Shown here piece after piece: positions 1-9,267 of a DNA stretch of 32,074 nt (positions are counted from its first letter, which is position 1; each line of letters begins with the position of its first letter). Made by a program: the position numbers and the translations under genes. Below the pieces are notes generated by a model that made no database searches, was not told the DNA's origin, and saw nothing but the letters and a program-made list of their open reading frames with translations. Origin of the DNA: PVC group bacterium (GTDB lineage Bacteria; Verrucomicrobiota; Kiritimatiellia; CAIKKV01; PXCX01); NCBI GenBank assembly GCA_003565195.1, contig PXCX01000180.1:1-32074 (forward strand), given 5' to 3'.

Positions 1-1179
1 CAGCACCTCGGCGACGCGTCCGATCTGGCGTCGGTAAATCCGGCGGCAACGCGTATCCTGTTCCTGCAGCAAAACCTGGTTGCGCCGTCTCTTTTCCGAA
101 TCTTCGACATCGTCCGTCCATTCCGCGGCACGCGATCCCGGCCGTGGTGAATACTTGAAAATGAAGGCATTATCAAAATTAAGGGTATCCATCAAGGCTC
201 GGGTTGCGTCGAAATCGGCTGTCGTTTCACCGGGAAAACCGACGATGATATCGGTGGTCAGGGCCATGTCCGGCAGCGCGTCACGCAGCCGGGCAACGGC
301 GGCGGCATATTCCGCGGATGTATAGCCGCGACCCATACGGGCCAAAATCCGGTCGGATCCCGATTGCAGCGGCAGGTGGACGTGTTCGCATACCGCCGGT
401 AATTCGTGCATGGCGCGCGCCAGTTCCGATGTACATCCATCGGGATGCGCCGATGCGAACCGCAGACGTTGCAGCCCGTTAATATTTTGCAAGCGTTGCA
501 ACAATCTGGGGAAAGGGGTACGATAACCTGAAGCGATGCCGGCATCATTCGGTTCGACGGGTTGCATGATGCCGTAACGCAAGATGCTTTGTCCGAGCAA
601 TGTCACTTCACGCACACCGGTTTGGATAAGTTGCCGGATTTCGGTTTCGATATCGCTGATGGGACGGCTCCATTCCGCGCCACGCACCCGCGGGACCACG
701 CAATAAGCGCAATGCCGGTTACATCCATACAGTACATTGACAAAAGCGGATATTTTACCCGGGGTATGCCCGGTCAAGTCGGGCCGGGCGCCGGCCGTGG
801 TTTGGGTGTCAACAACCGGATTATCCGTTCGTCGCGCGGCATCCAGCGCGGCCGGCAGCCGGTCCAAGCGATGGGTTCCGATCACGAAATCGAGTTGCGG
901 CAACAATTTCAGCAACGCGGTTCCGCGTCGTTGGGCCATGCATCCGATGGCGCCAACGATGCGACCGGGATTTTGGCGTTTTGAGGCTGCCAACAGGCCC
1001 AGTTTGCCGACTGCCTTGTCTTCCGCCTTGCCACGAACGCTGCACGTGTTGACGATCAGCACGTCGGCATCCGCTTCGTTATCGGCAACCCGGTATCCCT
1101 GTTCAAGCAACAGGGCCAGGGCGGATTCGCTGTCGCGCTCGTTCATCTGGCAGCCATAGGTTTTGATAAAGACTTTCAT
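1..1179 (-). CDS. miaB: tRNA (i6A37) methylthiotransferase MiaB, radical-SAM; the C-terminal end lies beyond the left edge of the window
   Basis: My own minus-strand translation from ATG at 1179-1177 reads MKVFIKTYGCQMNERDSE...VNTCSVRGKAEDK (MTTase N-domain cysteines), ...VLYGCNRHCAYCVVP (CxxxCxxC radical-SAM cluster), HLPLQSGSDRIL, IVGFPGET, FIFKYSPRPG. The frame is open for all 393 codons to position 1. It is absent from the ORF track because no stop lies in the window. Confidence 0.9.
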   Translation of the reverse strand, partial: MKVFIKTYGCQMNERDSESALALLLEQGYRVADNEADADVLIVNTCSVRGKAEDKAVGKLGLLAASKRQNPGRIVGAIGCMAQRRGTALLKLLPQLDFVIGTHRLDRLPAALDAARRTDNPVVDTQTTAGARPDLTGHTPGKISAFVNVLYGCNRHCAYCVVPRVRGAEWSRPISDIETEIRQLIQTGVREVTLLGQSILRYGIMQPVEPNDAGIASGYRTPFPRLLQRLQNINGLQRLRFASAHPDGCTSELARAMHELPAVCEHVHLPLQSGSDRILARMGRGYTSAEYAAAVARLRDALPDMALTTDIIVGFPGETTADFDATRALMDTLNFDNAFIFKYSPRPGSRAAEWTDDVEDSEKRRRNQVLLQEQDTRCRRIYRRQIGRVAEVL

Positions 1180-1194
1180 GGAATGAGCGTGTAA

Positions 1195-3108
1195 TCAATC
1201 GATCAGATCGCGAATCCTTCTCAGTAAATCGGCCGAAAAGTTGACAGGATACCAGCGCGGTTTATCCAATGAACCATCCAGTTGAAACTCGAAAAGTTTG
1301 CTTAACGGAAAGGTCAGGGTTCGCACCGCGCTGCCCAGCAAGGTATGGTCGCGCATCAATTTCAGTTGCACCTGAAAATCGAGGTCTTCACCGAAGGTAT
1401 AAACGCCATGGCCTTCGACATTAAAGACTTCACCTTGAATACGGCCTTTTGAAACATTCAGGCGGTTGTTTGCGATCGCGAAATCGGCATTTGCGCGGGT
1501 CTGCAGCAACACCACATCCAATCCGGGAATCAGCCGCGTCAGGATTTGCGAAAGTCCTCCAAAGAGCGGCAACCGGAACAGGCGGCCTTCGCGGATACGC
1601 ATATCGCCATCAGCCTGCAAGGTGGGCACCCAGTCGATCGCCGCGTTGCCGGTGCCCCTGATGTTCATTGAAAGCAAACCTTCATAAAAGGCGGGATTAC
1701 TATCGGGGATGGCGGCGGCGATCAGTTTCCTGAAATCGAGACGGTCCATCAACAACTCGAATCGGTAGGTTGGCGCCGTATGGTTTGTTCCGGTTTCGAC
1801 GGAAAAGCCGCCGTTAATTGCGCCATCGAGAATGGATGCCTGGATTTTGTAGATATCGAAGATATCGTCATGATAGCGCGCCGCCAAATCGATCTGCCCG
1901 GCACCGATATTGCGGAAGGCAACCTGTTCGCCCTGGCAATTCATTTGCAAATCCGTTGTTCCATCCCCGCGATAGTTCACCGCGCCCTGTACGTTCCATT
2001 GGGTACGGCCCGCGAATTGAAACTCCCGCAATAGCTCCGGAATGGCGAGCCCCACGATGTCGGCGGGCGTGATCGGCGGTGTGGTGCCGCTGAAATCCAT
2101 CCTGACGTTACCTTCAATGAAATCGCATTGTGCCTGCCCCATAACGAAACCATTTTTCGTCAGGGCAACCACACGTCGCACTTCCAGTTGCGACTGGGTA
2201 TTGTCATAGCGATAGGTGCCTTCGCCGACCAGCGCCGTAATCGGAATATCGCTGTAATTGAAATCGGTGCCATGGATGGTAATGTCCCCTTCGAAAATAT
2301 GCTGGGGAGGCCCCACCACGCCGCCGATGTTGAGGTGCGCTTCGGGTGATCCATCGGTCAATACGATATTGTTCAGCAAACGATGCGCGTTAATCTGCCA
2401 GGCATCGGCGACCGGAATCAAGCGCGCCGGATCAAAGTGACCCTCTACCGTACCGCTATAGCGGCGTTGCGGCAGATTCAGATGCCCGCGTACCTGGAGT
2501 ACGCCGGCCATCTCGTCCGGGTCCAGGACCGCGTGCCCATCGTCCATCCATAACCGGTCACCGTCAACCCGGCATTCAACCGTTGCGTGCGCAATTTTCA
2601 ACCCGGCAAGATCAATGTTTCGGAATTCAAGCCGACTCGCTTCCCCGTCCGGCAAACGCCAGGGGATGGGATGGATCGGTGCATCGGGCGGGCGCGGGAT
2701 ACGCCGGATGACACCGTTTTCGATACCGATACTCCGAATCCCGCTGCGTCCATGCCGCCACTGGGCAGGTTGAATCGTCAAGGTCACCCGTTCGGCCTCA
2801 AGCAGCGGAGGCCCCATGGTGCCACGACGGTAAAGCTGCAGGCGGTCCAAGTAAAGCCCGAAGGGAAACCTGAAACGTATCGCGCCGATCTCGGTCACGT
2901 AACGCCGGTCACGATTCAAGCGACGCAGGGCCGTGTCCCGGATTATCGGAGGAAAACCGACCCATCGCAAACTAACCAGCATGAAAAGGATCATGATGCC
3001 GAGCAGCGCCGGCAGATCGCGCCGGCGGAACCGGCGACGAGCTGAATCACGCGCGGCGGAAGCGCCGGCATAAGGTCGCGCCGAGTTTTTCTTTTCAACG
3101 GAATTCAT
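1195..3108 (-). CDS. membrane-anchored AsmA-family-like protein (large beta-rich periplasmic protein)
   Basis: 637-aa ORF with ATG at 3108-3106 and TGA at 1197-1195. It has a basic N-terminus followed by one TM helix (LPALLGIMILFMLVSLRWVGF). The C-terminal segment ...GRIQGEVFNVEGHGVYTFGEDLDFQVQLKL...FEFQLDGSLDKPRWYPV resembles the conserved C-terminal region of AsmA/TamB/YhdP-type proteins. The family call comes from recalled motif resemblance only. Confidence 0.5.
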   Translation of the reverse strand: MNSVEKKNSARPYAGASAARDSARRRFRRRDLPALLGIMILFMLVSLRWVGFPPIIRDTALRRLNRDRRYVTEIGAIRFRFPFGLYLDRLQLYRRGTMGPPLLEAERVTLTIQPAQWRHGRSGIRSIGIENGVIRRIPRPPDAPIHPIPWRLPDGEASRLEFRNIDLAGLKIAHATVECRVDGDRLWMDDGHAVLDPDEMAGVLQVRGHLNLPQRRYSGTVEGHFDPARLIPVADAWQINAHRLLNNIVLTDGSPEAHLNIGGVVGPPQHIFEGDITIHGTDFNYSDIPITALVGEGTYRYDNTQSQLEVRRVVALTKNGFVMGQAQCDFIEGNVRMDFSGTTPPITPADIVGLAIPELLREFQFAGRTQWNVQGAVNYRGDGTTDLQMNCQGEQVAFRNIGAGQIDLAARYHDDIFDIYKIQASILDGAINGGFSVETGTNHTAPTYRFELLMDRLDFRKLIAAAIPDSNPAFYEGLLSMNIRGTGNAAIDWVPTLQADGDMRIREGRLFRLPLFGGLSQILTRLIPGLDVVLLQTRANADFAIANNRLNVSKGRIQGEVFNVEGHGVYTFGEDLDFQVQLKLMRDHTLLGSAVRTLTFPLSKLFEFQLDGSLDKPRWYPVNFSADLLRRIRDLID

Positions 3109-3158
3109 GCTAAATCATCGGCTGCGCCTGACGCGCGGCCGGCGTTCCTGAATCAGTG

Positions 3159-5012
3159 TTAATCCGGCAGCGGCAACATCAGATCATGGCTTAAACGATT
3201 GATGATATCCCGCGAAACAGCAAAGACCAGATCGCGGCCCTGAATCATGGTGAAAATCCCGTCGGTGCGGGCCCGGAATCCGCTGACCAATGTTTTCGAA
3301 AGAGCTCCAGCGCCGCTTAATTCCAGGGTCAATTTTAATCCGGGCCGGTCGAATCCGAACACGGCCGGCTGATCGATCCCGCGGTGTTCGACGCGTAGCG
3401 CCTGTAATTCCTCGACCAGCGCCAGAACCGTTTCGATCTGTTCGAGATTCAACGGGCGGGATTCCGGTTTTTCCGCTATCCATTTACCTTCAGGATCCCG
3501 CTCGACAATCTGGTGTGTTTCGCCCCTTTGGATTTCGATTCGTTTTACGGTTGCGGGATCGACCGCAAGCACCGAACGGCCGTGATAGATCAACGGATCG
3601 GTAAAGGCCAAACCGGCTTGGTTGGTACCGATCAGAAGGCCGTCGAGTTGGTCTGCGGCCAGCGTGAAAATGAAATCTTCGTCGTGACCTCGCGCGTAAT
3701 AAGCTTTGCCGTCCTCCGTTCGAGCGCCGATCTGAACCTGTTTGGCAGATTCGGGTGTCCGTAACAGCGCATTCGTCGCCTGATCGGGTTCGCCCCATAG
3801 CGTCAATTCGTAGCGTGCAGGACTCAGCCCCAGTTCGGCAAGATTGGTGCACGGATCGTCGACAATCTGAAGCACGCGTAATTCACATGCTTGAACCACC
3901 ATCTCCAAAGCCTTCGCATAATCGGCATTCCATTGAACCGGCCGCACGACCTTCCAGTGATAATCTTTTCGCCGTAGGGTGACGGAATCTTCACGATCCC
4001 GTAGTTCAAAGCCGGTGACATCCCAGGGTTCGATCCTGAAGAGCCGTTTATCGCGTAGTGCGTCCGGTTCCACCAGGAAGGCATCAAGGATATGCCGGGG
4101 AACCGTGAAAACACTGGTCCCGTCGCCGCGCCGGGCATAAACAAGATCCGGATCGGCATCGACCGGTTTTCCTAAAAACACGTCCTCCCCGTGATCCATG
4201 GTTGTTCCCCAAACCGATACTTGAACGGTAGCTTCGCCGTCTTCCAGTCCATAGTCAGCCAATAGGGCGCTGGTTCTTTCAGGTAGGAACTGTTTTGCGC
4301 GCGCATCGAAAAGACGTTCAAGACGTTTGTGGATCGCCTCGCGATCGGCACGCGCCGCCATCGGTTGGCGCAGCATCCAATCGCCCTGCTGATCGCGCAC
4401 CAGTTGCACGTAGGTTCCGCCGTAAGGCCGGATATCCAAGCGGAAAATGTCCGCGGGCATCCCTGTGACGAGTGAGCGTTCGCGGAGATCGTCTTTTGTT
4501 TGCGGCAACACATCGGAAAACCTTCGATCGGTCAAAAGGATGTGCGGCATGGCGGCGGCTTGAATATATAGCCCGTCTTGCAGCGGACTTTCGACGCCCA
4601 CCCATATGCTGTATTCCCGATCGGTATCCGCCAGCGTCAAACGGGTATGCGGTGCATCGAGTCCAAAATGGCGCATTAACAGTCCGCGCGCTTCGCGTTG
4701 TTCGCGGGTAAGTTTTTCGCGAATCGGCAACCTGTCCACATACGCCAGGATATTATGGATGCGCGCCGCATCCGCTCTTCCTCTGAACGGATGAACAATC
4801 TGCCAGTCACGATCCCGTTGTTCGACTTCCAGAATCCAGTCTTCGTGTTCGATCCGCAATCGTTCGATACGTGCCGGATTATATTCGGGAAACAGTTTTG
4901 ATGGCAAATCATCCGTGGCGCGCTGCTCACGATCGCGTTGTTCGACAAGCCACAACAGTAAACCCAGGCAGGCGGCCGCCACCGTCAGATAAAATATGGT
5001 CGCATATTTCAT
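3159..5012 (-). CDS. DUF4340-like protein, the usual last gene of ABC-2/GldG-type operons
   Basis: The ORF is 3159..5051. I prefer the ATG at 5012 (MKYATIFYLTVAAACLGLLLWLV, an N-terminal anchor) because it lies 11 nt after the upstream stop at 5024 instead of overlapping it. The stop is TAA. The early motif LFPEYNPARIERLRIEHEDWILEVEQRDRDWQIVHP...ADAARIHNIL and the position directly after a GldG-like gene match DUF4340 proteins. Confidence 0.55.
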   Translation of the reverse strand: MKYATIFYLTVAAACLGLLLWLVEQRDREQRATDDLPSKLFPEYNPARIERLRIEHEDWILEVEQRDRDWQIVHPFRGRADAARIHNILAYVDRLPIREKLTREQREARGLLMRHFGLDAPHTRLTLADTDREYSIWVGVESPLQDGLYIQAAAMPHILLTDRRFSDVLPQTKDDLRERSLVTGMPADIFRLDIRPYGGTYVQLVRDQQGDWMLRQPMAARADREAIHKRLERLFDARAKQFLPERTSALLADYGLEDGEATVQVSVWGTTMDHGEDVFLGKPVDADPDLVYARRGDGTSVFTVPRHILDAFLVEPDALRDKRLFRIEPWDVTGFELRDREDSVTLRRKDYHWKVVRPVQWNADYAKALEMVVQACELRVLQIVDDPCTNLAELGLSPARYELTLWGEPDQATNALLRTPESAKQVQIGARTEDGKAYYARGHDEDFIFTLAADQLDGLLIGTNQAGLAFTDPLIYHGRSVLAVDPATVKRIEIQRGETHQIVERDPEGKWIAEKPESRPLNLEQIETVLALVEELQALRVEHRGIDQPAVFGFDRPGLKLTLELSGAGALSKTLVSGFRARTDGIFTMIQGRDLVFAVSRDIINRLSHDLMLPLPD

Positions 5013-5023
5013 GAGTCCATCAT

Positions 5024-6499
5024 TTACGTCGACGCGGCGCCCCGGCAACATCGGACCGCCAGACCAAGGATCAGAAACACTGCCGGTAGGGCCAGTCCGG
5101 CGATCAGAAACAATATTGACAGGTGCTGGCGCGACAGCAACAACATATCCGTTTCAGGGAAACGCGGCGCGATATCAAGGTGGCGGTCGCGTCCCACCAA
5201 CCAGTTCAGGGCATTTACCATAAGCACCGGGTTGCCGGCTACCATCCCGGTATTCGAGACAAAGTCGGTATCCCCGAAAACGATGACCCGTGTTTGGCGA
5301 CGGCGTTCGTCGATGCCGCCGGCCTGGCCCTTCTCGATGGCAACAGCCACGGCCGGTGGCCCGTCGAATTCGGGTGCCTGCACGGATTGCGGTTCGGCAT
5401 CCAATAACTCACGGCCTTTGGCTAGCAAGCTCACGCGTAATCGGCTGGCGGACCCTTCGGGTGCCGCCTTTTCGTTGCGAAACAAGGGGCGTGGCCGGTA
5501 AAAGACGGTTGTGATCCCGGTCAGATTTCGGGTCACCGGGTGTTCATCATATTCGCCGACAAACAACTCTGCATGGGTAAGCGTAATCCCTCCGACGCGT
5601 CCCGGCGCCACTGTCACGCCCCATGGTTCAAGCAATGATACCATCCCGGATTCGGACGTGTCCAGCAGCACCATCATTTTCCCCTGGTTTTCCAGATAAT
5701 TGTGCAGCACTTCCAATTCGATCGCGCTAAACTGGTGCCGCGCGCCCAGGATCAGCACCATGTCGGCATCCTGCGGGATACCGCCCGCCTCGGCGATGCG
5801 TAATTCGCGCAGTTTCATTTGTTCATCCAGCATCAGGCGTGCCAGTTTGGAATATCCCGAAACCGGGTGGGGATCGTTCAGATCCCGTTCTCCGTGGCCC
5901 CGCAAATAATACACAATCGGCGCCCTCAAATCGCTGACCGCATGGATTGCCGAAGAAAAGGCGGATTCGCCGTGAAACGCTTTGAGCCGTCGCGGTTCGC
6001 CATAAAGCACCGGCACATAATCGAATTCCGCAACCTTATCGACATCAACCACGTGCCGGCGGTCGCCGGCCTCGAACAGGACAATATCGGATCCTTCCAA
6101 CCCGTATTTATCGGCCAGCGCCTGTACGCCGATCAGGTCGCGATAGGGGTCGAGATATTTTACGCGGATACGCGGCGAGGCATGATCGTATTCACGCAAA
6201 AGATCGCGTACAATGATTGCCAGTTCATGGTCAGGCTGCAACATTACCGTGATATTGACGTCTTGTTCCAGTTCCGCAAGCATCATACGGCTGTTTTGTG
6301 ATAACCGGTGTAACCCTGCCCGGCCGAAATCATGCCGCCATGCAACCCGATCTGCCAGCAGATTGGCCAACACCAGCACCAGCAGGGCCAGGCCCAGATT
6401 GATAACTGTATTCAAGCGGGTCGCCATCTTGTAACGTATCCAGCCGCGCGGGCGATCCGCGGTTGATGGCGTCTGGTTTTTGCTCGGAGCATTCATCAT
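5024..6499 (-). CDS. GldG-like auxiliary component of an ABC-2 transporter (ABC-type uncharacterized transport system domain)
   Basis: The ORF is 5024..6607. I prefer the ATG at 6499 (MMNAPSKNQ...), 4 nt after the permease stop. It has an N-terminal TM helix (LNTVINLGLALLVLVLANLLA) and a C-terminal TM helix (LSILFLIAGLALPAVFLILGLAV). The core ...HRLSQNSRMMLAELEQDVNITVMLQPDHELAIIVRDLLREYDHASPRIRVKYLDPYRD... is typical of the GldG family. The stop is TAA. Confidence 0.7.
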   Translation of the reverse strand: MMNAPSKNQTPSTADRPRGWIRYKMATRLNTVINLGLALLVLVLANLLADRVAWRHDFGRAGLHRLSQNSRMMLAELEQDVNITVMLQPDHELAIIVRDLLREYDHASPRIRVKYLDPYRDLIGVQALADKYGLEGSDIVLFEAGDRRHVVDVDKVAEFDYVPVLYGEPRRLKAFHGESAFSSAIHAVSDLRAPIVYYLRGHGERDLNDPHPVSGYSKLARLMLDEQMKLRELRIAEAGGIPQDADMVLILGARHQFSAIELEVLHNYLENQGKMMVLLDTSESGMVSLLEPWGVTVAPGRVGGITLTHAELFVGEYDEHPVTRNLTGITTVFYRPRPLFRNEKAAPEGSASRLRVSLLAKGRELLDAEPQSVQAPEFDGPPAVAVAIEKGQAGGIDERRRQTRVIVFGDTDFVSNTGMVAGNPVLMVNALNWLVGRDRHLDIAPRFPETDMLLLSRQHLSILFLIAGLALPAVFLILGLAVRCCRGAAST

Positions 6500-6503
6500 G
6501 TAT

Positions 6504-7262
6504 TTAATACCTGCGGGTTGCGCGGTGCAATAACAACGCGCGCTGAGCGCTGAAAAGGCAGAAGAAGATTGCTGAAACCCAAAGAATGATCGGGCGCGTG
6601 TCCACAATACCGCGCGAAAAATCGCGAATTGCGGGCGTCAGCGCGATCGCATTCAATGTCTGTGCAGCGTACATGTTTTGGGTTACCGCCGCGGCTTGAT
6701 CGATGACAAACAAAAGACTGCAGGCCACAAACACCGCAATCACGGTGGACACGGGACCTTTCAAGACCGCCGCACATAAAACGCCGATGCCGTTGAGCAA
6801 GGCGCCGCACAAAAACAAGACCAGAAATCCGGTCGTCAGGGGCGCCCACGGGATGCCGTCCTGCACACCGGTTGTTCGACGCAATGTATCAAGAAGCAAC
6901 GGGTATCCGACCAGCGGCAGGCAGGCCACTCCAAATACCGTCATGGCGCCCGCATATTTTGCCAGGACGATTTGCCAATCGGTTACCGGCGCAGTAAGGA
7001 TCGTTTCCAAAATCCCGGTACGACGATCTTCGGCGAACAATCGCATGGCAATCACCGAAGTTAAAATGACGATCATAAGCCAGAAATAAACCGGACCGAA
7101 CAACAGAACCGCCGGATCGAACGGGACACCGACCGATTCTTCGGTTACTTTCCAGAACACCAAACCGGTCATCGCGGTGAATACCGCGAGCATAATATAG
7201 GTGGCCGACGCATGAAAAAAAACTCCCAATTCGCGCGCCCATAATATAAGAAAAGTTTTCAT
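6504..7262 (-). CDS. ABC-2 type transporter permease (GldF-like)
   Basis: 252 aa and polytopic. It contains the motif MRLFAEDRRTGILETILTAPVTDWQIVLAKYAG characteristic of ABC-2 permeases. Its ATG at 7262-7260 overlaps the ATPase TGA at 7261-7259 (ATGA). Confidence 0.8.
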   Translation of the reverse strand: MKTFLILWARELGVFFHASATYIMLAVFTAMTGLVFWKVTEESVGVPFDPAVLLFGPVYFWLMIVILTSVIAMRLFAEDRRTGILETILTAPVTDWQIVLAKYAGAMTVFGVACLPLVGYPLLLDTLRRTTGVQDGIPWAPLTTGFLVLFLCGALLNGIGVLCAAVLKGPVSTVIAVFVACSLLFVIDQAAAVTQNMYAAQTLNAIALTPAIRDFSRGIVDTRPIILWVSAIFFCLFSAQRALLLHRATRRY

Positions 7263-8236
7263 TGGACCTCCGGTTTGTCCGGCGCTGTCATGGCCGCAAA
7301 CACTTCATCCAAATGTTCTTGTTCGCGGCGGAATTCACGGAGAACGCAACCGGTTCGCACGGCCTGCTCAAACAGTTGGTCGCCGATATCGGCTTCCTTG
7401 TCGGCCTCAATCTGCAAACAACTCCAGGGATCGCCCGTCTGGATCGAGACCGTGGCAACGTTTTTGAGTTGGCGACACGCCTGCAGAAAGGCGCTCACAT
7501 CACCGCGGACTTCCGCACTGAAACGGGTGCCGCCGCGCCAACGTTCAATCAAACGTCCAGGGGTGTCCACGGCCACGATCCGGCCCTCGTTCATAATCAG
7601 GACACGCTTGCAGATACGTTCTATTTCGGCAAGATCATGGCTGGAAAAAAGGACGGCGCGATGGGCGCATGATTCCATGAAAAGACGGCGTTGTTGTTCC
7701 CGTTGGTTGGGATCCAGGCCTAATCCCGGTTCATCCAGGATCAAAACCGGCGGATCGTGAATCAGGGTGTCGGCCAATCCAACGCGTTGCCAATAGCCGC
7801 GCGATAAAACACCGATACAACGGTCGGCCACCGGTTCCAAGTCGCACAGTGTCAACATATCGACCACTCGATGGCGGCATTGGCGCCCGCGTAATCCTTT
7901 CAGGCGGGCACGATACTTGAGGTAATCGTAGACGCGCATATCGCGATACAAGGCAATTTGTTCAGGCAAATATCCGACCCCGCGACGGGCCCGCAACGGC
8001 TCTGTGACAACATCCCATCCCGCCATGCTGACCTTGCCCCGCGTCGGCGGCAGATAGCCCGACAAGACACGCATGATGGTCGTTTTGCCTGCGCCGTTTG
8101 GACCCAATAAACCCACGATTTCACCCGCGTGCACATCGAAAGAAACATCGTCGACGGCGGTTACACGACCATACCGAAGCGTCAACCGGTCGACGACAAT
8201 CAGCTTTTCGTTTGCCTGGGTTACAGGTTCGGTCAT
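7259..8236 (-). CDS. ABC transporter ATP-binding protein (ABC-2/CcmA-like, with a C-terminal extension)
   Basis: It has Walker A GLLGPNGAGKTT, signature LSRGYWQRVGLA, Walker B VLILDEPGLGLD and an H-loop SSHDL. I prefer the ATG at 8236-8234, which forms an ATGA overlap with the pdxA stop at 8235-8233. The ORF-track start at 8269 would overlap pdxA by 37 nt. Confidence 0.9.
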   Translation of the reverse strand: MTEPVTQANEKLIVVDRLTLRYGRVTAVDDVSFDVHAGEIVGLLGPNGAGKTTIMRVLSGYLPPTRGKVSMAGWDVVTEPLRARRGVGYLPEQIALYRDMRVYDYLKYRARLKGLRGRQCRHRVVDMLTLCDLEPVADRCIGVLSRGYWQRVGLADTLIHDPPVLILDEPGLGLDPNQREQQRRLFMESCAHRAVLFSSHDLAEIERICKRVLIMNEGRIVAVDTPGRLIERWRGGTRFSAEVRGDVSAFLQACRQLKNVATVSIQTGDPWSCLQIEADKEADIGDQLFEQAVRTGCVLREFRREQEHLDEVFAAMTAPDKPEVQ

Positions 8237-9267
8237 GATCGCTCTTTCATGGTTGGCGGCGGATGCCATGGATTTTTGCGATGTACCAGATCTGCCGCCA
8301 GACGGATCGCGGCGGTCATGCTGCGATGATCGGCCTGGTCACGGCCGGCGATATCGAATGCCGTCCCGTGATCCGGTGCGGTGCGCACGAACGGCAAACC
8401 GAGCGTTAGATTTACACCGTCCCTGAAAGCGATCATTTTCAACGGCGCCAATCCCTGGTCGTGATACATCGCGACCAGTCCGCCATAACGGCCGCTGCGT
8501 GCCTGATGAAAGATCACGTCGGCGGGAATCGGGCCTTCCACGTTAATCCCTTTGCGTTGTAAGACACGGACCGCCGGCCGGACTACCCGTTGATCCTGGC
8601 TGCCCAGCATGCCGCCGTCGCCGGCATGCGGATTAAGCGCGCAAACACCTATCCGCCGATGGCTTACCCTTAGCCATTTCAGGGCATCCGACAAAAGTTC
8701 CGCCGCTTCCATCACACGTTTGCGTGTGATCGCTTGCGTCACGGCATCTAACGGCAGGTGCCGGGTCACCAACACCCCCCGCAGGCAACCGCCCGTAAGC
8801 AGCATACCGAAACGGCGTGTGCCGCTCAATTCAGCCAACCATTCGGTCTGTCCCGGCACCGCGTAGCCGGCAAGCTGTAAACTTTGTTTGCAGACCGGGG
8901 CCGTCACCATGCCCGCCAGCGCACCCCGGCGGATTGCGTCCGCGGCGGCCAACAAGGCTTGCCCCGCCGAACGTCCGGCCGCCGCCGTGACACGTCCCGG
9001 CCGGACGACCGGCGCTCGCCGGTCGTCGGACACGGGGTTCCACTGGGCTAACGCGGTCTTGGCGGGCCACGGTTGGCCGGGACACCATGACGGCGGCAAA
9101 ACCATTCCGGCCGCGGATGTTCGGGTCGCAATCAGGGTTGCATCACCGATCACGACAAAACGGGCCCGGGCGGCCGGTACCGGCCGCCGCCGCAACGCGG
9201 CAAACGTGATTTCCGGACCAATCCCGTTGATATCACCAAGGGTTATTCCTAAGACGGGCGGTTTCAA
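8233..9267 (-). CDS. pdxA: 4-hydroxythreonine-4-phosphate dehydrogenase PdxA
   Basis: Motifs are ITLGDINGIGPEI, LNPHAGDGG, AMYHDQGLAPLK and RTAPDHGTAFDIAG. It uses a TTG start at 9267-9265 that overlaps the upstream TGA at 9266-9264 (TTGA). It has the classic surA-pdxA synteny. Confidence 0.9.
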   Translation of the reverse strand: MKPPVLGITLGDINGIGPEITFAALRRRPVPAARARFVVIGDATLIATRTSAAGMVLPPSWCPGQPWPAKTALAQWNPVSDDRRAPVVRPGRVTAAAGRSAGQALLAAADAIRRGALAGMVTAPVCKQSLQLAGYAVPGQTEWLAELSGTRRFGMLLTGGCLRGVLVTRHLPLDAVTQAITRKRVMEAAELLSDALKWLRVSHRRIGVCALNPHAGDGGMLGSQDQRVVRPAVRVLQRKGINVEGPIPADVIFHQARSGRYGGLVAMYHDQGLAPLKMIAFRDGVNLTLGLPFVRTAPDHGTAFDIAGRDQADHRSMTAAIRLAADLVHRKNPWHPPPTMKERS